This document shows positions 16,783 to 24,446 of a DNA stretch of 46,715 bases, piece after piece; the first letter of the stretch is position 1, and every line of letters starts with the position of its first letter. The stretch is from the NCBI GenBank assembly GCA_030526775.1, contig JAUNCA010000001.1, forward strand, positions 13,384 to 60,098, read 5' to 3'. The notes under the pieces were generated by a model, which worked only from the letters and a program-made list of their open reading frames with translations, did no database searches and was not told the origin of the DNA. A program made the translations under genes and the position numbers. The DNA is from Coriobacteriia bacterium. Lineage in GTDB: Bacteria; Actinomycetota; Coriobacteriia; Coriobacteriales; Eggerthellaceae.

Positions 16783-16837
16783 TCCCATCCTGCATGAGTC
16801 AATTACCCCTGGGGTAAGTGACTCATGCAGGATGGGA
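16783..16837. repeat. 55-bp near-perfect palindrome containing the same ATGAGTCAATTACCCC core
   Basis: TCCCATCCTGCATGAGTCAATTACCCC-T-GGGGTAAgTGACTCATGCAGGATGGGA: 27-bp arms with one mismatch. It ends 16 nt before a TATAAT box. Confidence 0.9.
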
Positions 16838-16852
16838 CTCCTGCCGGGTGCA

Positions 16853-16858
16853 TATAAT
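16853..16858 (+). promoter_or_regulatory. candidate -10 box (TATAAT) giving a leaderless or near-leaderless transcript
   Basis: A perfect TATAAT 7 nt upstream of the ATG at 16866. No good -35 was seen. Confidence 0.3.
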
Positions 16859-16865
16859 GGGTGAC

Positions 16866-18236
16866 ATGAAACTGCACAGGACGACAAATGCGATTATGCA
16901 AGGTGTAACGGGGTTGGTGTACCTCGCTGGGTTACCGTTTGCCCTGGCGAGCGGCGTGCTGCCCCGGACGTGGGGGCGCATGCGGAAAGCCCCGCGAACC
17001 GATGAGGATTGGATCGTGGTGCTGGGGTGCGGCTATGTCATCCCCGACATGTTGAACGCGCGTGTGGACGCGGCGGTGGAAACATGGCGAACCAAGCCCG
17101 ATTGCAAGCTCATCTTAAGCGGTGCCGAAACCGAATTCTCCGACGAGCCCGCCTATATGGCCGCCCGGTGCGTGAGCGCGGGCGTACCCGAGCAGCAACT
17201 GCTGCGCGACGGACATGGCTATACCACCAAGAAGACGGTGGAAAACGTCGCGCGTGCCGGCGTGAAGCGCGCGCTGTTCGTGTCGAGCGACTACCACATA
17301 CGACGTTGCGTCTACCAGGCGCGCCGTGCCGGCATCGACGCGGTGGGGCTGAAAGTTCCGCGGGTAAAGCATCGGCGGCGCTGGTTGTATTGGTTGCGCG
17401 AGGCGGCAGCCATGGCAAAGGCCGTGGTGTCGCGCTACGAACAGAGCCCGAACGCGTCCGCTCCACGGCTTGAGCTGCAGCCGGAAAGCGATGTTGAGTT
17501 CACCCAGCCGCTGTCGTTTCAGCCGTTTGGGCCGATCGACATGCTGGAGCCCTGGGCGTATGTGGGCCCGGAACCCGCTGCCGCCCCGGCGCCTGGCAAG
17601 CAGGTGCGCGTTTTGGTGCTCTACCCGCAGCTCACGGCAAACTACGGCGATCGCGGTAACGTGTTGCTGTTACAGCGGGAGCTTGAGGCCCGCGGATGTG
17701 ACGTACGCGTAGAGGAGCACGAGCTGGGCGCCGCTTTGCCCGACGCGCTCTACGATGCCTACCTTGTCGGAGGCGCCATGCCCCACGAACGGGAGCTTAT
17801 CGCCAACGACTTGCGTGCCGGGATGGCGCACCATCTGGCCCAGGCTATCGATGCCGGGAGCGTGTTGCTTGCGGTGGCGGGAGGGCTTGCGGCCCTTGGC
17901 GATGCCGGCGTGCTTCCCGTTCGAACCGAACCGGGCGATATGGAACCCGCGCATGCGTATGCGAAGCTGCTCGTGCCTGGCGGGGAGGGCGAGCTGCTTG
18001 CGGGGTATCAAATTCACGCCGAGCGCTATTACCTGGACAACCCCCGGAACGCGCTTGCGCGCACATCGGCGGGGTATGGCAACAACGGCGGAGACGGTAC
18101 CGAGGGCGTGTGCATCAACAACGCCTATGGCACCACGCTGCACGGACCCGTGCTCATGAGGAGCCGCTGGCTGCTGGAACGCTTGGCCGACGACATCCTG
18201 AAGCGGCGCGGCGAATCGGGGGTGGACAATGCTTAG
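16866..18236 (+). CDS. DUF218 (SanA/YdcF-like) domain fused to a GatD-like (CobQ-type) glutamine amidotransferase domain that lacks the catalytic Cys
   Basis: N-terminal half: TM helix, then IVVLGCG...LILSGAE...FVSSDYHIRR (DUF218-like). C-terminal half: VLYPQLTANYGDRGNVLLLQRELEARG, GYGNNGGDGTEGV and YGTTLHGPVL align to S. aureus GatD from memory, but the ICGGYQ nucleophile position reads AVAGGL. The start (16857 or 16866) is uncertain; the tracked GTG at 16818 lies inside the palindrome. Confidence 0.7.
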   Translation: MKLHRTTNAIMQGVTGLVYLAGLPFALASGVLPRTWGRMRKAPRTDEDWIVVLGCGYVIPDMLNARVDAAVETWRTKPDCKLILSGAETEFSDEPAYMAARCVSAGVPEQQLLRDGHGYTTKKTVENVARAGVKRALFVSSDYHIRRCVYQARRAGIDAVGLKVPRVKHRRRWLYWLREAAAMAKAVVSRYEQSPNASAPRLELQPESDVEFTQPLSFQPFGPIDMLEPWAYVGPEPAAAPAPGKQVRVLVLYPQLTANYGDRGNVLLLQRELEARGCDVRVEEHELGAALPDALYDAYLVGGAMPHERELIANDLRAGMAHHLAQAIDAGSVLLAVAGGLAALGDAGVLPVRTEPGDMEPAHAYAKLLVPGGEGELLAGYQIHAERYYLDNPRNALARTSAGYGNNGGDGTEGVCINNAYGTTLHGPVLMRSRWLLERLADDILKRRGESGVDNA

Positions 18237-19572
18237 CGTGCGGGATATGGCGGGCGTCGCCGCCGGAAAGCTGGCGTACAAACTCGCCCGAAGGCGGGGG
18301 AGTTCAGGCTCGGTCATGCCGGGTCATGTGGCGCAAAAGATTTCCCCGCACCTGCTGGAAACGCTTGCGCAGGACGTGGAGGTCTACCTCGTGACGGGCA
18401 CGAACGGCAAGGGCTCGACCATCGCCTTCCTAAGCGTTGCGGACAACCTGGGGCAGGAGCGCTGCCTCTGCAACGTTCTGCGTTCGAACATGCTCAACGG
18501 CATGGTCACGTCGTTCGTCATGGAGTCGGGCGCGTTCGAGAAGTCGCCGAAGAAGATCGCGTTTCTGGAATGCGAGAGCAGCCTGCCCATCGTGCTGCGA
18601 AAGGTAAAGCCCGCGGGCATTCTGGTGAACAACCTGTTCCTCGACCAGGCCGATCGGTACCGGGGCGTCGAGCAGCTCATGGGCTTGCTGCGCGATTCCA
18701 TCCAGACGGTTCCCGATGCCGTCCTGTTCCTGAACGCTGACGACCCCCGCGTCGTTTCCCTGGCCGAGGGCCTCCCGAACGAGCGGCACTGGTTTGGCTC
18801 GGATGTCGCGCTTTCCGGATGCTCCGAATACGACGGAATGAGCTGCCCCCGCTGCGGCACGGTGCTCGAGTATGGCCTGCACATGCTTGGCCACCTGGGG
18901 CATTGGCGCTGTCCCACCTGTGGATTCGCCCGTCCCGAGCCCGAAAGCCGCATCGCCGCCTTCCGGTACGTAAGCTATCTGGAATGCGATGTGGCTTCCC
19001 CAGCGGGCTCGCGCACGTATCGGGTGGCATATGGCCAGTCTGCGGTGCTGCACAATGTGCTGGCCGCCCACGTCCTCTGGCGTGCGGTGGGAGGCGACTC
19101 GGACGAGCTTGCGATGGGAATCGTGGCGCACAGCCTGAAGGAAGCCCGGTGACACACCACGGTTGTGCGCGGCTGCACCGTTCATCGCGAGATGGTGAAA
19201 AACGCCATTGGTGCGAACGTCGCCATCGACCGCTTCGTGGATTCGGATATCCAGGCAACGTTGTTGCTTGGGCTCGGAAGGAAAGTAGTGGACTCGAGCG
19301 ATCCGTCCTGGATCTGGAATGTCGAGTTCGAGCGCCTTGCCGCCTGTGAGCAGCGCATCCCGCGTATCTACGTGCTCGGAACTGCTAGCAATGCGCTTAT
19401 AGCGCGTCTCGTATGCGCTGGTATTCCCCGCGGTAAAATCGTTCCCCTCGAGCAGCCCAATGAGGTGCGCGCTGTTTGCGAGCAGGAACGTGAACTGTAT
19501 AGCTTCTGCTCGGGGAGCGTTACATCTGCGGTCGCTCGGGTCGTTGCTCGCATGCGCGAAGAGGAGAGCTAA
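18229..19572 (+). pseudogene. MurT-like Mur-ligase-family protein interrupted by an in-frame TGA (19150-19152)
   Basis: VTGTNGKGST P-loop; Cys4 ribbon CPRCG...CPTCG; after the TGA the same frame continues with the DUF1727-like part (VKNAIGAN...DPSWIWNVEFE). 8-nt overlap with the upstream GatD-like gene. Confidence 0.75.
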
Positions 19573-19591
19573 GTCCACAGCGCACTAAAGC

Positions 19592-19623
19592 ACGGTGCCC
19601 GCCCCGAATGGGGCGGGCACCGT
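19592..19623. terminator. 14-bp perfect GC hairpin shared by convergent genes
   Basis: ACGGTGCCCGCCCC-GAAT-GGGGCGGGCACCGT, between the MurT-like stop (19572) and the minus-strand peptide stop (19652). Flanking U-tracts are weak. Confidence 0.6.
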
Positions 19624-19651
19624 CGATAATGGCTGGCTGGTGACTGGATTG

Positions 19652-19816
19652 CTAGTCCTTGCCTTCCGCGTGCCAGTAGCCCTTTCCGTCTTGGTAGTAG
19701 TAGCCGCCCGCGACTTGCTCGAGAGATTCGTCGTCGAGAGCCTTAACTCCTTCGAGGTTCTCGAGGGGCAGATTGCCGTCCGCTGCGTCTTTCAGGGCGT
19801 CCAGAGCTTCCTTGGT
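19652..19816 (-). CDS. double-glycine leader peptide, core YYYQDGKGYWHAEGKD; no canonical start codon in frame
   Basis: The frame reads TKEALDALKDAADGNLPLENLEGVKALDDESLEQVAGG|YYYQDGKGYWHAEGKD*. AAAGGAAAGGAACCA lies upstream, but the sequence reads ATAGACC where ATGACC is expected, placing a TAG (19817-19819) directly 5' of the frame. Below the track's size cutoff. Confidence 0.5.
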   Translation of the reverse strand, partial: TKEALDALKDAADGNLPLENLEGVKALDDESLEQVAGGYYYQDGKGYWHAEGKD

Positions 19817-19961
19817 CTATTGGTTCCTTTCCTTTGTGTAACCCTACGATAAAGGCCTCTGCCTGCATAGATGCGAAAGGCGTTTGGCTCTTTGTCGATT
19901 GTTCGCCAGCCATCGAAAACCATCCGCAACATTTTTGCCAAAGTGGGTGCAGGTGCCCGAA

Positions 19962-19996
19962 ATGAGATGCCTGCCCTCAGGGCAAGGGCGTCTCAT
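19962..19996. repeat. 35-bp palindromic element ATGAGATGCC...GGCGTCTCAT
   Basis: ATGAGATGCCTGCCC-TCAG-GGCAAGGGCGTCTCAT, with imperfect arms. It has the same ATGAG...CTCAT termini as the other palindromes and lies upstream of the ABC substrate-binding gene. Confidence 0.6.
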
Positions 19997-20089
19997 TCTC
20001 CGCGCATGCGCCGGTTTTGGAGTATGCTTATCCGTGCAGGTTGGAGGCAAACGACCTGCAACGACAACGAATTCAGGAGGTTAGTAGAC

Positions 20090-20974
20090 ATGCGCGACAA
20101 GAAATGGAAGCTTTTGGGCATGGTATGCGCGAGTGTTGCCCTGATTGCGGCGCTGGCGATGGTTGGGTGCTCGGGAAACAATGCATCCAGCGATAGCGCT
20201 GCCGGCGATGCGGCGGCCGAGGCGGTTGCCGACCTCACCGTCACGCCCGGCAAGCTCACGATTGCCACGGGCAACCCGGCGTACCCGCCGTACGTGATGA
20301 ACGATGCTCCGGAGTCGGGCGAGGGCTTCGAGGCCGCAATCGCCTATGCGGTTGCCGAGAAGATGGGCTTTGCTCCCGAGGACGTGGTGTGGGTTCGCAC
20401 TGGTTTTGACGAGGCCATCACCCCGGGCACCAAGGACTGGGATATGAATATCCAGCAGTTTGGCGTCACCGAAGACCGCCAGAAGGCCGTTGACTTCAGC
20501 AGCCCGTACTTCAAGCCCACGCAGGCCGTCATCGTCGATGCTGCCGAAGGCCACGACAAGTACGCGAAGGCCACCAGCTGCGCCGAGCTCGCCGATGCGG
20601 TTCTTGGCGCCGAGTCTGGCTCCACGTCCTATACCTGGGGTATGGAGAAGATCAACAAGAACATCCAGGTGTTCAATTCCAACGCGGACGCGGTGAATGC
20701 GCTGAACGCGCATCAGATTGACGGCATCATCGTCGACACCCCGACGGGCGTGTACATGGCCGACCCCGAGATGGAAGAGCTTGCCTCTGCCGCTCTCATC
20801 GGTCAGATTCCCGACTCCGAGGCCGACCCGCTGGCCTTCCTCCTTCCGAAGGATTCCAAGCTTACCCCTGCCGTCACGGCTGCCGTTGACGAGCTGGAGG
20901 CCGAGGGTGCTTTGAAGGAAATCGCCGACAAGTGGATGGCCGAATACACCATCGACGTGCCGGTTCTGAAGTAG
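20090..20974 (+). CDS. amino-acid ABC transporter substrate-binding lipoprotein
   Basis: AGGAGG precedes the ATG at 20090. Signal plus lipobox (LIAALAMVGCSG). Family-3 SBP-like sequence. The tracked ORF starts upstream at 19871. Confidence 0.85.
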   Translation: MRDKKWKLLGMVCASVALIAALAMVGCSGNNASSDSAAGDAAAEAVADLTVTPGKLTIATGNPAYPPYVMNDAPESGEGFEAAIAYAVAEKMGFAPEDVVWVRTGFDEAITPGTKDWDMNIQQFGVTEDRQKAVDFSSPYFKPTQAVIVDAAEGHDKYAKATSCAELADAVLGAESGSTSYTWGMEKINKNIQVFNSNADAVNALNAHQIDGIIVDTPTGVYMADPEMEELASAALIGQIPDSEADPLAFLLPKDSKLTPAVTAAVDELEAEGALKEIADKWMAEYTIDVPVLK

Positions 20975-21110
20975 CCGACAGCTTCTGCACGACCTTGTGC
21001 GCCCGAGGGGGATGTTCCTCCTCGGGCGCAATTAGTTGTTGCCTCCCTTCGTTTATACTGTGTTCGCTGGGGATATCCCCGTTCAGCTGCATTCGATTAG
21101 AGGTGGGAAG

Positions 21111-21971
21111 TTGAAGGAAAGCGAGCCCGTCTTCGAGGTGAGCTCCGTCGAGCAGGAGCGTCAGGCGTTTCGCGCCCGCCAAGGCAGGCGCTCGGTTCTC
21201 ATCAGCATAGCCAGCACATTTGTGTTGGCCGCGGCCATCGTGCTCACACTTCACTTCGCGCCCGGCTGGCCACGTGTCCAGCAGACCTTCTTTAGCCCGG
21301 AGTACTTCGTGCAGTCGTTCCCGTACGTGTTGGATGGCCTCTGGCTGAACGTGCGCGTGCTTATCTATTCGCTTATCGGGACGGCGATTTTCGGCACGCT
21401 TCTGGCGGTCGTCCGTATCAGCAAGTCGCCCGTGCTATTCCCCTTGCGGATTTTGGCGCAGGCATATACGACCATCATGCGCGGTATCCCGATGCTCGTC
21501 GTGCTGTACATCATCGGTTTCGGCATTCCGGGTCTCGAGATTTTCGGGCGCATCCCCATTGCGGTCCTCGGCACCATCGCCGTGACGATGTCGTATTCGG
21601 CCTACATCGCCGAGGTCCTGCGTGCGGGTTTCCAGGACGTAAGCCCCCAGCAGCGCGCGTCGGCCCGTTCGCTTGGCCTTACCAGCGGGCAGACCGTGCG
21701 GCTCATCATCATTCCGCAGGCGCTGCGCAAGATCGCGCCGGCCTTGATGAACGACTTCATCGCCATGCAGAAAGACGTCGGCCTCATCTCGACGCTTGGC
21801 GCCATCGACGCGGTGCGTGCTGCGCAAGTGCAGGTGGCACTTACGTTCAACTTCACGCCCTACATCGTGGCGAGCATCCTGTTCATCCTCATGAGCGTTC
21901 CGTTCATCATCCTGAACGACTGGTATACCGCGAAGCTGCGCGAGCGCGAGCAATCGGGAGGCATGGTGTGA
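21111..21971 (+). CDS. amino-acid ABC transporter permease
   Basis: HisM/GlnP-like membrane protein with an EAA-type loop (SARSLGLTSGQTVRLIIIPQALRKIAP). TTG start after GAGGTGGGAAG is my choice; the start is uncertain (tracked ORF from 21036). Confidence 0.8.
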   Translation: MKESEPVFEVSSVEQERQAFRARQGRRSVLISIASTFVLAAAIVLTLHFAPGWPRVQQTFFSPEYFVQSFPYVLDGLWLNVRVLIYSLIGTAIFGTLLAVVRISKSPVLFPLRILAQAYTTIMRGIPMLVVLYIIGFGIPGLEIFGRIPIAVLGTIAVTMSYSAYIAEVLRAGFQDVSPQQRASARSLGLTSGQTVRLIIIPQALRKIAPALMNDFIAMQKDVGLISTLGAIDAVRAAQVQVALTFNFTPYIVASILFILMSVPFIILNDWYTAKLREREQSGGMV

Positions 21972-22723
21972 TGGAACAGCAGGCAAACATCGAGCCCGTA
22001 TTGCGCATCGATAACGTGGTGAAGCGGTTTGGCACGAACACGGTGCTCGACCATATTTCGTTTGACGTGCATAAACACGAGACCGTCGCGCTCCTGGGCG
22101 CCTCGGGGTCGGGTAAATCCACGCTTATGAAGTGCGTAAACCTGCTCGAGCGAGTAAGCGACGGGCAGATTTGGCTTGGCGACCTCGACATAACCGACCC
22201 GCGCGTGAACTCCAACGAGGTTCGTGCGCGCATTGGCGTGGTGTTCCAGCATTTCAACCTGTTTTCGCATCTTTCGGTGCTGAACAACGTGACGCTTGCA
22301 GCGCGCAAGGTGTTCAAGTGGGACAAGCATCGCGCCGAAGATAGGGCCATGGATTTGCTGAAGCGCATCGGCATGGACGGGAAGGCCAAGGAATACCCCG
22401 ACCGGCTGTCTGGTGGCCAGCAACAACGCGTGGCCATCGTGCGTGCGCTGATGATGAATCCCGAGTTGCTCCTGCTTGACGAGATTACATCTGCGCTTGA
22501 CCCGCTGCTCGTCGGCGAGGTGCTCGAGATGGTTGAGGAGCTGAAAGGCCAGGGGGCGACAATCCTGATGGCGACCCACGAGATGCATTTTGCGCGCAGC
22601 GCTGCCGACCGCATCGTGCTTTTGCGTGACGGTAAAATCGCCGAGAATGGCACGCCCGAAGAGGTCATGGACAATTCCGCCGACCCCGAGACCCGTGCGT
22701 TTTTCAAAGCCTTCCGCGCATAA
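21968..22723 (+). CDS. amino-acid ABC transporter ATP-binding protein
   Basis: Walker A GASGSGKST, signature [15 protein letters not shown], Walker B LLLLDE. GTGA overlap with the permease gene. Confidence 0.9.
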   Translation: MMEQQANIEPVLRIDNVVKRFGTNTVLDHISFDVHKHETVALLGASGSGKSTLMKCVNLLERVSDGQIWLGDLDITDPRVNSNEVRARIGVVFQHFNLFSHLSVLNNVTLAARKVFKWDKHRAEDRAMDLLKRIGMDGKAKEYPDRLSGGQQQRVAIVRALMMNPELLLLDEITSALDPLLVGEVLEMVEELKGQGATILMATHEMHFARSAADRIVLLRDGKIAENGTPEEVMDNSADPETRAFFKAFRA

Positions 22724-22759
22724 CCCGGGCAGAGTATAGCCGGCTCCTCGGCTGGACCC

Positions 22760-23012
22760 AAAAACCACGGTTGTGTGGAGCGATGCAAACTTTCCGCCAG
22801 TTTCAGCAGAAAAAACCACGGTTGTGTGGAGCGATGTAAGAGGGCGTTCGCGTATCGCGTGGGGTTCGAGTTTGCAGGTAATCAACGACCAGGCTTTATG
22901 TTGCCCGTGAGCTTGCGGAATCGGCTTGCCGCTCTGCATCACTCAACATACCCGTGGTTTTTCGACCTGGGCGCGCAAATTTTTTACATCGCTCCACACA
23001 ACCGTGGTTTTT
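22760..23012. repeat. cluster of four 26-bp repeats (2 direct + 2 inverted) AAAAACCACGGTTGTGTGGAGCGATG
   Basis: Identical direct copies at 22760-22785 and 22811-22836. Inverted copies at 22937-22962 (4 mismatches) and 22987-23012 (perfect). The cluster lies between convergent genes. Confidence 0.9.
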
Positions 23013-23103
23013 GATTCGGGCGCTCCACTCGGTGTCATCTTAGGCAAAGGGCAGAAGGCGCGTATTCGAGGGATTCGCCGCACCACGTGCGCAGCCATCT
23101 TAC

Positions 23104-23135
23104 GATGATGAAAAACACCCGCGGTAAATCATCAT
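23104..23135. repeat. palindromic element GATGATGAAAAACACCCGCGGTAAATCATCAT
   Basis: ATGATGA/TCATCAT arms around a CCGCGG centre. 31 of 32 positions are identical to 41848-41879. Confidence 0.85.
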
Positions 23136-23144
23136 GCGGGGGCG

Positions 23145-24257
23145 TTAGGTTAGCGACTTCAGGAGTGTGGTTACGACCTGGTTGGTTATCTCGTACGTGC
23201 CTGGCGCTTTGCTTTCGCGGGGGCCGGCGATGTTTAGGGTGAGTTCCCGGCCAAGGCCTTCGAGCCAGGTGCGTACAGCCCCGACCTCTTCGATACCGCG
23301 GATGACGAGGCAGGGTCGGCGCATCGCTTCGGCAAAGCGCACGGTCATTTGCGTTCCGCTGCAGGGCTCGAGCCCGGAGGGCGCCACGACCAGGGTGGCA
23401 TGTGCATCCCGGACATTCAGGGCGGTGCGCTCCACGTAGCTATCGCTCGGGCATTCTCGCAGCTCGGGGTACACGGCAAGCAACCCGGGCGCTTCGGGCA
23501 TGTCCTCGGCCAAACCACCCCTCGGCACCCAGCCGCATACCGGAATGCCCAGTTCACGAGCGGCATCGAGCGCTGCGCGGTCGGCTCCGGTCTGTCCGCC
23601 AGAACGAATGCGGGCAATCCTTCGCGTGTTCGCCACAATCGTGTCTGCTTCGTCTTGCTGGGCCGAGACGGAGGCGTCATCGGTGGGGTCGGCCTTTTGC
23701 AAGGTCTCCCACTCCTCGCGGGTAATCCAGTTAACATCTTCGGTAATGTAGTCGCCCACCGCTTGGCGCGGCCGGTTGCGGATGATGCGCTGATGCTTCA
23801 GCCCGAGCTTTTCCTGGACGCGGCGGTTTTGGTCGTGGCCGGCTATATGGCCCGCCCAAATTGCGGCAAGCCCGAGGTCGCTGAATGCGTGGTGCATAAC
23901 CGCGCGCACGGCTTCGGGCATAAGGCCTTGGCCCCATAGGGGCTTGCCCAGCCAGTAGGTCAGCTCGGCCTGATCGTCGCCGATGGCAAGGTCCGAGCGT
24001 ATTCCCACCTTAAGGCTGACAGAGCCGGTAGGGCGATCGGGGTCTTCCGCATCGCGTATGGTTACGGCATATGTTTCGGGCACCATCAGGTCTTTTTCGA
24101 GCGCTTCGCGGCTCTCTTGAACGCTTGCGTGGGGAAGCCAGCCTGCGGCAGGCCCCACGTCGGGGTCGCGGGCGTATTCGAACAGGGCTTCGGCGTCCGA
24201 TATGCGCCAGGGACGCAGGACGAGGCGTTTGGTTTCAAGCGTGACAGGCCAGGACAT
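23145..24257 (-). CDS. GNAT N-acetyltransferase (RimJ/RimL-like) fused to a YpsA/'molybdenum-carrier'-type SLOG domain
   Basis: N-terminal: TKRLVLRPWRISDAEALFEYARDP...GQGLMPEAVRAV (GNAT). C-terminal: IRSGGQTGADRAALDAARELGIPVCGWVPRG...ERTALNVRDAHATLV (PF12694-like). AAAGGAG precedes the ATG at 24257; the tracked ORF extends to 24668. Confidence 0.7.
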   Translation of the reverse strand: MSWPVTLETKRLVLRPWRISDAEALFEYARDPDVGPAAGWLPHASVQESREALEKDLMVPETYAVTIRDAEDPDRPTGSVSLKVGIRSDLAIGDDQAELTYWLGKPLWGQGLMPEAVRAVMHHAFSDLGLAAIWAGHIAGHDQNRRVQEKLGLKHQRIIRNRPRQAVGDYITEDVNWITREEWETLQKADPTDDASVSAQQDEADTIVANTRRIARIRSGGQTGADRAALDAARELGIPVCGWVPRGGLAEDMPEAPGLLAVYPELRECPSDSYVERTALNVRDAHATLVVAPSGLEPCSGTQMTVRFAEAMRRPCLVIRGIEEVGAVRTWLEGLGRELTLNIAGPRESKAPGTYEITNQVVTTLLKSLT

Positions 24258-24446
24258 GGGAGCTCCTTTCCACGCGACAACCCCCGTCCTTGTATTGGGT
24301 ATATTGTACGCGCGAACCCTTCTATGCCGCGTGTCGAAGACACGGGCCGTTTTCCGAAATGTGGGATATTCGTCGGATAGAACAGGAGTATGGTGCGTAT
24401 AAAGGGGTACAAATCTAGATTCCAATGGTATGAGGGGAGGCAGTGC

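Noticed and set aside
19153-19170. An 11-nt match (CCACGGTTGTG) to the 26-bp repeat family, right after the TGA in the MurT-like gene; both translate as HTTVV.
   Set aside because: The match is only 11 nt and the flanks diverge. It could be chance, and I cannot test significance properly by eye. There is no sign that a repeat element was inserted, since the frame and the homology continue.
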